Source: an uncultured Porphyromonadaceae bacterium
GTDB lineage: Bacteria; Bacteroidota; Bacteroidia; Bacteroidales; UBA12481
Direction: 5' to 3'
Assembly: GCA_964416825.1 (NCBI GenBank)
Contig: CAYQFT010000001.1
Coordinates: 1 to 52,174 of the forward strand
DNA length: 52,174 nucleotides
Notes under the pieces: generated by a model
Told to the model about the DNA's origin: nothing
Database searches by the model: none
Seen by the model: the letters and a program-made list of their open reading frames with translations, nothing else
Part shown: piece after piece, positions 9,330 through 19,912 of the stretch
Layout of the letters: every line of letters starts with the position of its first letter
Position numbering within the stretch: the first letter of the stretch is position 1
Translations under genes and position numbers: made by a program

Positions 9330-10435
9330 TATTCCTGTTGTTTAATTGCGCCAGGTGTAACTCTGAACAATTTGAAATCTACCGGTATAGACGAAAGAAT
9401 GCTGTTCAGATGCTGTTGGTCTTTGTCAGTAATAAAGATCTGTCCAAAATGATCTGCGGCCACGAGCCGGATGATCTGCGTAACCCGCTCAGCATCCAGT
9501 TTATCAAAAACGTCATCCAACAAAATTATCGGCCTCACACCGGCAACCCTCTTAAGGAAATCAAATTGGGCCATCTTCAAGGATACCAGGTAGGTTTTTT
9601 GCTGCCCCTGTGAACCTTGTGTTTTGATCGGGTATCCTGCAAGCTGGAGGATCAGATCATCACGGTGGATTCCGCAGGTCGTGTATTGAAGAGTTCTGTC
9701 ACGAATTCTGCTTTCACGCAAGAGGCTCAGTGTATCTCCGTCATCAAGCTGTGAAAGATACTTCAGGCCAACACTCTCATTACCACAGGAGATTGTGGAA
9801 TAATAATTCTGGAAAATCGGCATCAGGTTTGTAACAAACTCTTTTCGGCGACCATAAATGCGGTTGCCGATATCGGCCATTTTTTCATCCCACATCACTA
9901 AAAGGTCATCGTCAAAATGCTGATTACGGCTAAACTCTTTCAGTATCCGATTTCGCTGCGCCAGGGCTTTATTATATTGTATAAGATCCTCGAGATATTG
10001 CCTGTCATATTGCGAGATTACGCTGTTCATGTATCGCCGGCGCTCCTCGCTGCCATCCATGATAAGGCTTCCGTCAGCTGGAGAAACCATTACCAGGGGA
10101 ATCAGTCCGATATGATCAGCCAGCCTTGGATATTCTTTGTCATTTCTGCGAATCTTTTTCTTCTGATCGGGTTTAAAAGCACACTGAATTCTCTCTGTTC
10201 TATCCTCGAAAACAAATTCACCGTCGATTAGGAAAAAATCCTCGGAATGCTTGATAATATCACCATCAGAAGAATTGAAATAGGACTTGCAGAAAGACAG
10301 ATAATATATTGAATCGAATAAATTGGTCTTTCCAACCCCATTGTTGCCGACAAAGCAGTTCAACTTAGGAGAAAACTCAACGGTAAGATCCCCGTAGGTT
10401 TTAAAGTGGGTCAGGCTAAGTTTTCGAAGATACAT
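9329..10435 (-). CDS. recF: DNA replication and repair protein RecF
   Basis: Walker A GNNGVGKTN and an SMC-like signature region, with LLDDVFDKLD (Walker B). I use the ATG at 10435, because the track's first codon (10438) is a TTG immediately upstream. Confidence 0.95.
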   Translation of the reverse strand: MYLRKLSLTHFKTYGDLTVEFSPKLNCFVGNNGVGKTNLFDSIYYLSFCKSYFNSSDGDIIKHSEDFFLIDGEFVFEDRTERIQCAFKPDQKKKIRRNDKEYPRLADHIGLIPLVMVSPADGSLIMDGSEERRRYMNSVISQYDRQYLEDLIQYNKALAQRNRILKEFSRNQHFDDDLLVMWDEKMADIGNRIYGRRKEFVTNLMPIFQNYYSTISCGNESVGLKYLSQLDDGDTLSLLRESRIRDRTLQYTTCGIHRDDLILQLAGYPIKTQGSQGQQKTYLVSLKMAQFDFLKRVAGVRPIILLDDVFDKLDAERVTQIIRLVAADHFGQIFITDKDQQHLNSILSSIPVDFKLFRVTPGAIKQQE

Positions 10436-10533
10436 CAAGTTACTATTTGGTCCTAAAAATAGTAATACAGAAGGTGACTAAATGCCCTTTTCATATTTTT
10501 ACCAGGACTATTTCAAATCAGGGATAATTGTTC

Positions 10534-10541
10534 TAAATTTG
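10534..10541 (+). promoter_or_regulatory. Candidate Bacteroidota sigma-A -7 box (TAAATTTG) for the TPR gene
   Basis: Exact TAnnTTTG match 24 nt upstream of the ATG at 10565, in a divergent intergenic region. Confidence 0.35.
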
Positions 10542-10564
10542 CATGTTTTTTATAAGAAAATCAT

Positions 10565-11257
10565 ATGGCGAGCAAAGCAAAAGGCAAACAGGAAGATAAT
10601 CTGGAAGTAGTTGAGCATGCACTGAGCAGCACCGAACACTTTATTGAGAAGAATCAGAAGAATATTACCATCGTCTTGATTGTGATTGTAGCAGTGGTCG
10701 GTATATCTCTTGGATATAAAAGATTCATTGTCAGCCCGAAAGAGAAAGATGCCAAGAATGAGATTTTTGCTGCCGAGCAATACTTTGAAAAAGATTCTTT
10801 CAATCTGGCGTTGAACGGAGATGGAAATAACCTCGGGTTTCTCGATGTTATTGATAAATACAAGTCGACCAAACCGGGAAAACTTGCCAGGTATTATGCA
10901 GGCATCTCCTATTTGAAATTAGGAAAGTTCCAGGAAGCAATCGATGAACTCAAAAAGTTTACCTTGAAGGACAAGCTGGTGAAGCCCATGGCAATCGGAG
11001 CTATTGGTGATGCTTACGTTGAGCTTGGAAATGCTAAAGAAGGGATAAACTATTATACGAAGGCTGCAAGGGAAAATGCAAATTCCTTTACGAGTCCGAT
11101 ATTCCTTATGAAAGCTGCTGAGCTATTAGAAGAGGGTAAAGAATTCAAAAAAGCGGTCATTCTCTACGAAGAAATTCAAAAAGAATACCCTGAGTCAGCT
11201 GAAGGTCGAAAAATTGAGAAATACATTGCCAGAGCTCAGGCCGGTTTGACAAACTAA
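10565..11257 (+). CDS. Tetratricopeptide-repeat protein with an N-terminal membrane anchor (YfgM-like)
   Basis: 230 aa with a TM helix (ITIVLIVIVAVVGISLG) followed by TPR-like helices (ARYYAGISYLKLGKFQEAIDELKK...). Confidence 0.7.
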   Translation: MASKAKGKQEDNLEVVEHALSSTEHFIEKNQKNITIVLIVIVAVVGISLGYKRFIVSPKEKDAKNEIFAAEQYFEKDSFNLALNGDGNNLGFLDVIDKYKSTKPGKLARYYAGISYLKLGKFQEAIDELKKFTLKDKLVKPMAIGAIGDAYVELGNAKEGINYYTKAARENANSFTSPIFLMKAAELLEEGKEFKKAVILYEEIQKEYPESAEGRKIEKYIARAQAGLTN

Positions 11258-11274
11258 TTTATTATCATACTAAC

Positions 11275-11300
11275 AGCCGGGTTCGCCCGGCTTTTTTTTT
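11275..11300 (+). terminator. Rho-independent terminator after the TPR gene
   Basis: 7-bp GC-rich stem AGCCGGG/CCCGGCT with a UUCG loop, followed by 9 T. Confidence 0.75.
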
Positions 11301-11305
11301 CATTT

Positions 11306-11800
11306 ATGGCTACCCATTTAAAAAACCTGTCGGTTTATGAACCTGATAGTATTCATAGTGGAATGAATGTCTCGATTGGCATCGTCGTTTCTGATTGGAA
11401 CCAGGAGGTAACCTTTGCCCTGTCGGATGCAGCAGAGGCAGCGCTATTGCAACATGGAGTTCAACCCGCCAACATTTTTATTCATCATGTACCTGGTAGT
11501 TTTGAGCTGCCGATGGGGGCCCAGTTCCTGATCGATGCCCTGCATCCTGATGCAGTTATTCTTTTAGGCTGCGTCATCCAGGGAGAAACGCGCCATTTTG
11601 ATTTCATATGCCAGGCAGTTGCGCAAGGATGCATGGAACTTGGACTGAAGTCAAATATCCCTGCAATATTCGGAGTCTTGACAACCAATACGCTTCAACA
11701 GGCGCTCGATCGTGCTGGAGGAATTCATGGAAACAAAGGCGTGGAAGCTGCGGTAACGGCTCTTCAAATGATCGCGCTCAAAACCAGCCTTTCTAAATAA
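11306..11800 (+). CDS. ribH: 6,7-dimethyl-8-ribityllumazine synthase
   Basis: 164 aa. VPGSFELP and GCVIQGETRHFDF are lumazine synthase hallmarks. Confidence 0.95.
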   Translation: MATHLKNLSVYEPDSIHSGMNVSIGIVVSDWNQEVTFALSDAAEAALLQHGVQPANIFIHHVPGSFELPMGAQFLIDALHPDAVILLGCVIQGETRHFDFICQAVAQGCMELGLKSNIPAIFGVLTTNTLQQALDRAGGIHGNKGVEAAVTALQMIALKTSLSK

Positions 11801-11816
11801 CTCTTCAAAGACTGGT

Positions 11817-13676
11817 TTATCTTCTGGTCTGAACTCCCCTCTCCTTTGCCATTTGCTCCAGTCGTTCCTGGAACTTAGATTTCTTAACCGGCTTTTTTTG
11901 ATTCTCCTTAAGCTTGGCCAGAATCTTATCCTCATTTATGGTGCGGCGTATAATGATCTGCTGCAGGTAAGAGATTACGTTTGAGAAGAAATAGTAGAGA
12001 CTTAAGCCCGAAGCATAACTATTAAACCAAACCAGCATCATGACCGGCATCAGGTACATCATCAGTTTCATTCCCGGGATCGGCTGCGTGGTGCTGGTCT
12101 GGTCCATGCTCATTTTTGTTGTAACCAGCATGGATAAAGCCATCAGGAGGGTAAACAGGCTGATATGGCTGCCATATGCAGGAATTGTAAACGGAAGGTT
12201 AAGTATTGAATCATAGGATGAGAGATCCGTTGCCCACAGGAATGATTCTTGCCTAAGTTCAATCGAGGATGGAAAAAACCGGAATAGAGCTAACCAGATC
12301 GGCATCTGCAAAAGGGCCGGAAGGCATCCTCCCAAAGGATTTACCCCTGCCTTCTTATACAGCGCCATGGTGGCCTGCTGTTTTTCCATCGCCTTATCCG
12401 GTGAACTGAACTTCTTGGTCAGTTCATCAATCTGTGGCTTCAAAACCTTCATCTTAGCCGCTGAAACCGATGATTTATAACTCAATGGGAAAACAAGCAA
12501 CTTGAAAAACACGGTTAACAGGATAATGATGATCCCATAGTTCGCTATTCCGCCTTCTAAATAATGGAATATATTAATAACAAACCACTTGTTGATCCAT
12601 GCTATAAAATTCCAACCCAGGTCGACCAGATTGCCCAGCTCATGCCCTTCAGCTTTTAAGGTTTTGTAATGGTTTGGTATAAAAAAGAACGTGAAAGGAA
12701 TCTCCTGAACCGTCTTGCTGTCAAAGGGAATAGCAATTTCAGCTGTACAGGTTTTTAGCTTCCGGGAGGGTTCCGTTTTGTCCGTCGTGCTAATCCGGGC
12801 ACTGCTCATCGGGGTTCCGGACATCAATACAGTCGAGAAGAATTGTTGCTTGAATGCTATCCATTCGATCTTAGTAGTCAGATCCTCGCTACCGGCTTTA
12901 CGGGGTTGTATCTTGCCAACCTCATCTTCAAAGAACTTATAGTAGATGGATGAATAGTCTTTCTCAAATTTCCACCCTTTCTCTTGCTGGCGCAGGTCGG
13001 ATGACCAGTCAAGATATATCATATTGGTGCTGGCCCCAATAAGTTGCTCCATTCCATGCATTTTGATGGAAAAGCTAACTTTGTAGGAATCAGGCTCTAC
13101 GGAATAAACATAATCCATGTAGCTATCCGGTCCGGCATTCATTCGAAGAACGACGGTTTTAGCCTGTTCCTCAGCGGAAATAGTTCTCTCATCACCTTGC
13201 GGTATGAAATAAAGGTCCTGGGTAGCAATCTGGCGATTCTGGGAGAAGAAATTCAGATTAAAGCGGGATGAATCACCGTCAAAAAGCAAAACGGGCTCCC
13301 CGCGGCTTGTTTTATACTCCTTTAGTTCCACCGAATATGGACGGCCGCCCTTTGATGAAAGCTTAATCCTGAGTTTCTTATTTTCCAGGTAGATAAACTC
13401 CTCCTGACCCACTGCGGCTTCAGCAAAACTGCCCAATTCATTAACCCGCTGCTGCTGCAGAGCTTCGGGAGAAGGAACTCCGGCATCTTGCTTAACCGTA
13501 TCGAAAGAGGCTTTGAGGCGCTGGGCTTCAATACTATTCTGTATTTCAACTTTTGCTAATGAATCTCGCTGACGGTTTGCACGCTCGATTTCCTCCTTCG
13601 ACGGCCTTGTAAAAATGCTGTACACGATGAGCAGCAGACCCATTAACAATAAGCCAATCAGTGACTTTTTATCCAT
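11817..13676 (-). CDS. yidC: Membrane protein insertase YidC
   Basis: 619 aa with a large periplasmic N-domain. The C-terminal 60-kDa IMP core reads YKKAGVNPLGGCLPALLQMPIWLALF. Confidence 0.95.
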   Translation of the reverse strand: MDKKSLIGLLLMGLLLIVYSIFTRPSKEEIERANRQRDSLAKVEIQNSIEAQRLKASFDTVKQDAGVPSPEALQQQRVNELGSFAEAAVGQEEFIYLENKKLRIKLSSKGGRPYSVELKEYKTSRGEPVLLFDGDSSRFNLNFFSQNRQIATQDLYFIPQGDERTISAEEQAKTVVLRMNAGPDSYMDYVYSVEPDSYKVSFSIKMHGMEQLIGASTNMIYLDWSSDLRQQEKGWKFEKDYSSIYYKFFEDEVGKIQPRKAGSEDLTTKIEWIAFKQQFFSTVLMSGTPMSSARISTTDKTEPSRKLKTCTAEIAIPFDSKTVQEIPFTFFFIPNHYKTLKAEGHELGNLVDLGWNFIAWINKWFVINIFHYLEGGIANYGIIIILLTVFFKLLVFPLSYKSSVSAAKMKVLKPQIDELTKKFSSPDKAMEKQQATMALYKKAGVNPLGGCLPALLQMPIWLALFRFFPSSIELRQESFLWATDLSSYDSILNLPFTIPAYGSHISLFTLLMALSMLVTTKMSMDQTSTTQPIPGMKLMMYLMPVMMLVWFNSYASGLSLYYFFSNVISYLQQIIIRRTINEDKILAKLKENQKKPVKKSKFQERLEQMAKERGVQTRR

Positions 13677-13727
13677 TTCCAGAATTTCTAATGATTACCC
13701 TAAAATTGAGCGGGCTAAAATACAGAA

Positions 13728-15332
13728 TTATTCCAAGGCAGCCTTAACGAAGTTGACAAAAAGAGGATGAGGCTGTATGACAGTGCTTTTGTATTCGGGA
13801 TGGAATTGCACTCCGACAAACCATTTATGGGAGGGGATTTCCATGATCTCGACAAGATTCGTATCGGGGTTAATTCCAGATGGTACCATCCCTGCTGTTT
13901 TGAAAATATCCAGGTAGGCATTGTTAAATTCAAAACGGTGCCGGTGTCTTTCACTGACCGATTCCTTCTTGTATATTCTGGAAGCCCGGGATCCTTTGGT
14001 GATTTTGCAGGTATATGCTCCGAGCCTCATGGTGCCGCCCTTGTCGATAATGTCTTTCTGATCCTCCATAAGGTCTATTACCGGATCCGGCGTTTTGCTG
14101 TCCATCTCCGTAGAATGCGCCTTAGAAAGATCAAGGACATTTCTTGCAAACTCAATTACAGCGCATTGCATTCCCAAACAAATTCCAAAGAAAGGGATGT
14201 TATTTTCCCTTGCAAATCGCACTGCATTGATCTTTCCTTCAATTCCACGATGTCCGAATCCGGGAGCGACAAGTATTCCTTTCAGGTCACCAAGCTTTTG
14301 ACTGATGTCACCCTCTTCAAGTGATTCTGAATGAATCCATTGAAGATCAACCTTACAGTTGTTCAGTGCTCCCGCGTGAATGAACGATTCCGATATGGAT
14401 TTGTAGGCATCATGAAGTTCAACATACTTGCCGATCAGTCCGATTTTCACGGTTTGAGCCGGATTCTTAACAGATTTTACAAAGTCCCGCCAGGGTTCGA
14501 TGTCTATCTTGTCGAGAATAGGCAATTTAAATTTCTCCAGGATAATTTGATCGAGGCCCTCCTTTAACATAAGCAGGGGAACCTCGTAAATGGTGCTCAC
14601 ATCGCGGCTTTCAATAACCGCCTTTTCGTCAACATTACAGAAAAGAGCAACCTTTTTTTTGATATCCCGGTTCAGTGGCCTTTCAGTTCTCAGGACCAAA
14701 ACGTCCGCCTGAACTCCTTCCTCCTGCAGCATCTTAACTGAGTGCTGGGTGGGTTTGGTTTTCAGCTCACCTGAGGCGCTAAGATAGGGAACGAGAGTCA
14801 GGTGAACCACTAAAACCCGATCTCCCATTTCCCATTTGAGCTGCCTGACCGCTTCAATGTAGGGTAAAGACTCGATATCACCCACGGTCCCCCCGATTTC
14901 AGTAATGACAATGTCAAATTTAGCCTTGGATCCGAGAATCTTGATACGCCTTTTAATCTCATCCGTAATATGAGGGATGATCTGAACGGTTTTACCCAGG
15001 TAATCCCCCTTGCGCTCCTTGTTGATCACCGACTGGTATACCCTGCCGGTTGTTACGTTGTTCGATTGGGAAGTTGGAACATTAAGAAACCTCTCGTAGT
15101 GCCCGAGGTCCAGGTCCGTTTCTGCCCCATCATCGGTTACATAGCACTCACCATGTTCATAAGGATTCAATGTACCCGGGTCAATATTTATATAAGGATC
15201 CAGTTTCTGAATAGTTACCGAGAGGCCGCGGGCTTGCAGTAGTTTTGCAAGAGAACTGGAAATGATTCCCTTACCCAGTGATGATGTTACACCCCCTGTT
15301 ACAAAAATGTACTTAGTTTGCTTCGTAGCCAT
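13728..15332 (-). CDS. pyrG: CTP synthase
   Basis: [17 protein letters not shown]-terminus. The glutamine amidotransferase domain has GICLGMQ and HRHRFEFN. Confidence 0.97.
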   Translation of the reverse strand: MATKQTKYIFVTGGVTSSLGKGIISSSLAKLLQARGLSVTIQKLDPYINIDPGTLNPYEHGECYVTDDGAETDLDLGHYERFLNVPTSQSNNVTTGRVYQSVINKERKGDYLGKTVQIIPHITDEIKRRIKILGSKAKFDIVITEIGGTVGDIESLPYIEAVRQLKWEMGDRVLVVHLTLVPYLSASGELKTKPTQHSVKMLQEEGVQADVLVLRTERPLNRDIKKKVALFCNVDEKAVIESRDVSTIYEVPLLMLKEGLDQIILEKFKLPILDKIDIEPWRDFVKSVKNPAQTVKIGLIGKYVELHDAYKSISESFIHAGALNNCKVDLQWIHSESLEEGDISQKLGDLKGILVAPGFGHRGIEGKINAVRFARENNIPFFGICLGMQCAVIEFARNVLDLSKAHSTEMDSKTPDPVIDLMEDQKDIIDKGGTMRLGAYTCKITKGSRASRIYKKESVSERHRHRFEFNNAYLDIFKTAGMVPSGINPDTNLVEIMEIPSHKWFVGVQFHPEYKSTVIQPHPLFVNFVKAALE

Positions 15333-15337
15333 TATGA

Positions 15338-17647
15338 TTAAAATGTCCAGTTCAAACCCAGGGAAGGCATAAAGGGCAGCTGATCCACCCGTTCATACCG
15401 GATCCTGTCAAAGTAGAAAATATTATTTCGGTCGTACACGTTGGTTATACTCAGTGTGATTTCCAGCTCTGTATCACCGCCTGTGGGAATCATCTTCTTC
15501 AGGTTCACATCCAACCGATGATAGTAAGGTAGTCTGCCTTGATTAAGAGGGCCGTAAACGATTCCCAATTCACCGTTGACGCGGGTGTAATCGGTATTGA
15601 TTCCATCGTGGAACGGTATCTTCTCATAGAATCCCTGAGTCTGAGTAAATGGAAACCCGGAACCCAGGTTCCAGCGGGTACTGAATTCCCACGTAAGGTC
15701 CTTTCCAAAGGTATAGGACCCGACAAGGTTCACATTGTGCCGTCGATCGAAGTGAGGCGGATACTTTATGACGCCGTCATATCGGGTAACCCAGCCCAGT
15801 GAATAAGTAGCCCAGAGATAAACCCGCTTGTAATCATACTTTAGCAAAAAGTCAATGCCGTATGCTTTCCCGGTTTCAATGATGAAGTCTTTCCTTAGGT
15901 ATTCGGGCTTGTCCTGATTTTCACCTGTATCGTCATACAATTTATTCCTGTTGATATTGGTTAGTTGAGTATTGTCTTTAATATAGGTCTCAACATTAAG
16001 GTTCAGACGGTTGGTAAGATCAAACTCGAAGCCCAGGATTGCATGGTTGGACTTTTGCAGTTTGGTGTTGATCAATTTACCGTCAAACTCCTTTTGCAGG
16101 TTCTCCGGACCTGAGAGAAATCCGTAAAACAGGTTGACAACATCACGGTCAGAGTTGGCTGCAATCAGGTTTTGAGAATACATACCAGCTGCTATTTTAA
16201 TCCTGAAGTTGTCGCTCAGATTGTACTTGAAACCGAGACGGGGCTCGGGCGAAGCCTCGCTAAGGGATGCATAGTAATGCAAACGAAAGCTCGGCTCAAT
16301 CAGAAACTTGCCCAGAGACATTTTATATTTTACAAAACCAGCGAGTTCTGTTGTGAACTGCTGTTGGGTGATCTTCCTTCCAACCGAATTAAAATAGTTG
16401 AAGTTGGTATTGAAACCCAGGGTTTCTATACCATATTCGAGCTGGTCCTTACCAAAAAAATACACAAATTCTAACCCTACGTTGAAACCGTCAATCGAAC
16501 TCTCCCTTGGCTGTTGTTCAGCTTCATTCATCTGAATCAGGTACCTTGAATAGGCGACATTAGCCTTAATCAAGGCAGGATAATCACCCGGTATTAAAAC
16601 CACATTTGAACCAACGCCAAAGGTATTCCACCCGATATCGGTAATGTTACGATAGGTAACGTGGTCCATAAAATTGAAGCCGAAAAAGTTAATCTTGCTT
16701 CCGTTCTTTGCGTTGATGGATACCTTACCGTAAAGGTCGGTAAAATTGAAAGGCAACCCAGCCGTATCGATATATGAATAGAAGACTTTTGAAGACTGTT
16801 CAAGGAATGAGTGTTTTGCTGTCAGAACAAATGAAACGGAACCATCGTCTTCGGATTTAGCCTTTTTAATCGGGCCTTCAAGAAGGGCCTTTGCCATAAA
16901 TGTACTGGCTGAAAACTTACCAGAAAGCCGGTTCTTGTTTCCATCCCTCGTTGTAATGTCCATAATGGAGGAAATTCTCCCGCCATAGTTTGCGCCAAAA
17001 CCGCCGGTGTACACATCGGCCATCTTGATAATGTCGGTATCAAATACTGAAAACAATCCAATGGAATGAAAGGGATTATAAACAATCATTCCGTCAAGAA
17101 GAACCTTATTCTGAATCGGTGCACCGCCCCTGATGTAGAGCTGTCCGCCCTGGTCACCGGTAAAGACAACCCCGGGCAATACCTGCAGGTATTGGGCGAG
17201 ATCCGGCTCACTTCCAATGGTAGGAATTCTTTCCATTTGCTTTGGGGTCACTTTAACCACGGAAGTCTGAACCTGGGTCTTACTTTGCTGCCGTTCACCG
17301 GATACCACAACTTCTCCGATCTCTTCAACCTGTTCTTCGATGTAGAGTTTGTCATTGATGATCCTATCAGCCTCAATCACGACATCGGTAATGAGTTTTT
17401 TATAACTGACCGCGCGTGCAATGAGTTGGTATTTGCCTGGGGGAATCTTGTTTATACTATAAAAACCGTTTATGTCCGATGCAGACCCTAACGTAGTGCC
17501 TTCGAGGTAAACGTTGCAGCCGATGACGGGTTCACCGGTTTTCTTATCATAAACAAATCCGCGAATAGTTCCGGTTTGAGCAAATCCGGAAAGGCCTGAG
17601 AACAATCCCCATACTGCGAAAAAAAGGAGAAATCTTAAAGCTTTCAT
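15338..17647 (-). CDS. TonB-dependent receptor with N-terminal CarboxypepD_reg domain
   Basis: Signal peptide [18 protein letters not shown], then [16 protein letters not shown]...[14 protein letters not shown] (carboxypeptidase-regulatory fold). A plug region follows, and the C-terminal barrel ends in LGLNWTF. The start is set at ATG 17647. The track's 17689 start adds 14 aa ahead of the signal peptide. Confidence 0.85.
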   Translation of the reverse strand: MKALRFLLFFAVWGLFSGLSGFAQTGTIRGFVYDKKTGEPVIGCNVYLEGTTLGSASDINGFYSINKIPPGKYQLIARAVSYKKLITDVVIEADRIINDKLYIEEQVEEIGEVVVSGERQQSKTQVQTSVVKVTPKQMERIPTIGSEPDLAQYLQVLPGVVFTGDQGGQLYIRGGAPIQNKVLLDGMIVYNPFHSIGLFSVFDTDIIKMADVYTGGFGANYGGRISSIMDITTRDGNKNRLSGKFSASTFMAKALLEGPIKKAKSEDDGSVSFVLTAKHSFLEQSSKVFYSYIDTAGLPFNFTDLYGKVSINAKNGSKINFFGFNFMDHVTYRNITDIGWNTFGVGSNVVLIPGDYPALIKANVAYSRYLIQMNEAEQQPRESSIDGFNVGLEFVYFFGKDQLEYGIETLGFNTNFNYFNSVGRKITQQQFTTELAGFVKYKMSLGKFLIEPSFRLHYYASLSEASPEPRLGFKYNLSDNFRIKIAAGMYSQNLIAANSDRDVVNLFYGFLSGPENLQKEFDGKLINTKLQKSNHAILGFEFDLTNRLNLNVETYIKDNTQLTNINRNKLYDDTGENQDKPEYLRKDFIIETGKAYGIDFLLKYDYKRVYLWATYSLGWVTRYDGVIKYPPHFDRRHNVNLVGSYTFGKDLTWEFSTRWNLGSGFPFTQTQGFYEKIPFHDGINTDYTRVNGELGIVYGPLNQGRLPYYHRLDVNLKKMIPTGGDTELEITLSITNVYDRNNIFYFDRIRYERVDQLPFMPSLGLNWTF

Positions 17648-17660
17648 AGTTAAATAGAGG

Positions 17661-19748
17661 TTAGGATTCAAAACGGTCCAACATATCAATTTTGTCCTTT
17701 AAAAGCTGCACTTTCTCCTTGGCCTGGAGAATTTTGCTTTCAACTTCCCGGATCAGAGATTCTGATTTCTGCGACTTGGCAAAAAAGCCTATATTATTCT
17801 CCCAGAGAACGATATCGCTTTCCATTTGCTTCAGCTTATTCACCAGTTTTTCTCTTTCGGACGAAATCCGGTTTCTATTTTTGGGGGATTGAACAAAGTT
17901 ATCAACTTTTTGCTTATACCGCAGTATTTCTTTTTGAGGCTCATCGACTTCAAGTTGATTGAAAAGCTTGTGTAGAGCTTCCCTGAAATCACGCTGAACC
18001 TCATCCTTCTTATCCAATGGAACATGCCCGATGGAGGTGAAATCTTTCTGAATTTCCTTTAAAATTCCAAGATCATGTGAATGATCGTCAGTTAGGCTGA
18101 AGCCACGGACCCTTTCAATGAGGTCTTGCTTCTTCCTCAGGTTTTCAACCTGCTCGGTGTCCTGTGAACTAAAGAACTCTGATTTTCTCTTGAAGAAGGC
18201 GTCACAAGCGGCTCTAAAACGGTTCCAGAGTGCATCGGAATATTTGCGAGGTATTGGACCAACCTCTTTCCATTTTTTCTGAATAATAACCAATTCGTCG
18301 GCGGTTTTCCTCCATTCTGTGCTATTCATCAGGGATTCAGCCTGAACACAAAGATCTGTCTTTAATTGGAGGTTCTCATGCTGGTCATCCCTATGTCGGG
18401 TAAAGTACTCGCGCTTTCGGTTGAAAAACTCATCACAGCCGGCTCTGAACCGGTCGTAAATCTTATTGTTATCCTTGCGAGGAGCAAAACCGATGCTGCG
18501 CCACATACGCTGCAGGTTCACAACTTCCTGAGAAAGGTCGTTCCAGTCTTTTGGATTGGTTACCTCTTTCTTCAGAATCTCTTCAATTTGATCGCAGAGA
18601 TGGTTCTTTGCATCAAGATTACTCTTTTGCTCATCTTTAAGCACCAGATAGTAGTCCTGATGCTTTTTGTTTATTTGATTGGTAGCCTCCCGGAATCTCT
18701 CCCATATTTCATCTTTCTTTTCGATCGGCACAGGACCAACCTCCCGCCATTGGGTGTGCATCTTCTGGAGCTCTCCGAAAGCCTTGATCACAGAAGGCTC
18801 CAACAACAGCTCCTCAGCATTTTCGCAAATCTTAATCTTTTGCTCAAGGTTCTTCTTTAGGTCAAGATCCCTAAGCTCTTTATTGATCTTGATGTAGTCG
18901 TAGAAAAGTTCGACATGGTGATGATAGTTCTCCCAAAGACTGTGAAGTTCCGTTTGGGGAACCGGGCCAATCTCCCGCCACTGGTGCTGAAGATCCCTGA
19001 ATTCATTAAAGGTGCGATTGAGCGATTCCTGTGTATTAAGAAGATGCTTGATCTGATCAATGATATGAAGTTTCTTCCTCAGGTTAATATCCTTCTCCTC
19101 CTCCAGTACCTTTGAAAACTCACTTCGTCTAACCCTGAATTGTTCGTAAAGAATTTTAAACTCATCCTCGAGTGGGTCTGGAGCAGGTTTAAACTCCTCC
19201 TCAGCGCCGCCGTCACTCAAAAATTTCTTAAGCTTCTCGTCTGCTTCCAGATTAAGCTTGCGATAGAAAGTTGAGCGGATATTCTCTACATCACGGGAAA
19301 TTTCTTGTATGGTCCGCTGACTGAGCAGCAATCCCAGGGCGTCCACCAGTGCCTGTCGGGTATACCCTGAATAGTCCACATGGATCGGAGGCATTGCATG
19401 CAGAGGCTCCTCAAGGGATTTTTCAATCTCAGATTCTGGCACCTCCGGCACCACCCCTATTTCACCATGCTCAGGCTGGATAGCTTCCGGCTCAATTTCA
19501 AAATTTTGCACTGATACCATTTCTGCTGATTCCGATTCTGCAGGTGCCTCCTCGTCTGTGACGATATCTGCTGGATCTGACTCAGCCACTTCAGGTTCCG
19601 CTAATTCGGGAGCGGAAAATTCCGGCAATGTTTCCTCAAGAGGAACAATCTCAACCTGTGCTGAAATTTCAACGGATTCAGAAACTTGGCTTTCAATAGT
19701 TGCTTCGATTGGCAACTGATCATCGGTGGGCTCGTTTTTCTCACTCAT
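17661..19748 (-). CDS. DUF349 repeat protein with an acidic low-complexity N-terminus
   Basis: 695 aa. The roughly 75-aa repeat carries W(R/K)E(I/V)GP(V/I)P...F(R)..(C)..FF and recurs five or more times (WREIGPVPQ, WREVGPVPI, WRSIGFAPR, WKEVGPIPR, FTSIGHVPL). The first ~110 aa are E/P/A-rich. Confidence 0.8.
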   Translation of the reverse strand: MSEKNEPTDDQLPIEATIESQVSESVEISAQVEIVPLEETLPEFSAPELAEPEVAESDPADIVTDEEAPAESESAEMVSVQNFEIEPEAIQPEHGEIGVVPEVPESEIEKSLEEPLHAMPPIHVDYSGYTRQALVDALGLLLSQRTIQEISRDVENIRSTFYRKLNLEADEKLKKFLSDGGAEEEFKPAPDPLEDEFKILYEQFRVRRSEFSKVLEEEKDINLRKKLHIIDQIKHLLNTQESLNRTFNEFRDLQHQWREIGPVPQTELHSLWENYHHHVELFYDYIKINKELRDLDLKKNLEQKIKICENAEELLLEPSVIKAFGELQKMHTQWREVGPVPIEKKDEIWERFREATNQINKKHQDYYLVLKDEQKSNLDAKNHLCDQIEEILKKEVTNPKDWNDLSQEVVNLQRMWRSIGFAPRKDNNKIYDRFRAGCDEFFNRKREYFTRHRDDQHENLQLKTDLCVQAESLMNSTEWRKTADELVIIQKKWKEVGPIPRKYSDALWNRFRAACDAFFKRKSEFFSSQDTEQVENLRKKQDLIERVRGFSLTDDHSHDLGILKEIQKDFTSIGHVPLDKKDEVQRDFREALHKLFNQLEVDEPQKEILRYKQKVDNFVQSPKNRNRISSEREKLVNKLKQMESDIVLWENNIGFFAKSQKSESLIREVESKILQAKEKVQLLKDKIDMLDRFES

Positions 19749-19839
19749 TTTAGGCGTATTAAATCTAACAAAACCTCAGGAATCCTGAGTTGTTCATTCG
19801 AACAGACACCGGGCGTTAGCCCGGATGCACATAAGCTGA

Positions 19840-19847
19840 CAAAAATA
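19840..19847 (-). promoter_or_regulatory. Candidate -7 box (TATTTTTG) for the DUF349 gene
   Basis: Exact TAnnTTTG on the minus strand, about 90 nt upstream of the ATG at 19748. It lies directly downstream of the hsp20 terminator. Confidence 0.4.
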
Positions 19848-19860
19848 CCGAAATTTTAAT

Positions 19861-19889
19861 AAAAAAAGCCATCTCTGCCCAGAGATGGC
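19861..19889 (-). terminator. Rho-independent terminator of hsp20
   Basis: The minus strand reads GCCATCTCT-GGGC-AGAGATGGC (9-bp stem) followed by 7 T. It lies 24 nt after the hsp20 stop. Confidence 0.8.
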
Positions 19890-19912
19890 TCCCACTTTTA
19901 AACCAATATTTA

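Noticed and set aside
11258-11305. FMN riboswitch upstream of ribH
   Set aside because: Only 48 nt separate the genes, and a terminator hairpin occupies most of that. There is no room for the ~140-nt FMN aptamer.
11651-11935. 94-aa minus-strand ORF spanning the ribH / yidC junction
   Set aside because: It overlaps the 3' ends of two well-supported convergent genes, and its sequence is Arg/Ser-rich noise.
13767-14324. 185-aa plus-strand ORF (and 14095-14301, 14331-14567) antisense to pyrG
   Set aside because: It lies entirely inside the highly conserved CTP synthase gene. The translated sequence is low-complexity and motif-free, so it is a typical antisense frame shadow.
18366-18860. 164-aa plus-strand ORF antisense to the DUF349 gene
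   Set aside because: The DUF349 frame shows clear repeated protein motifs. The antisense ORF is Leu/Phe/Ile-rich noise from complementing an AAG/GAA-rich coding sequence.
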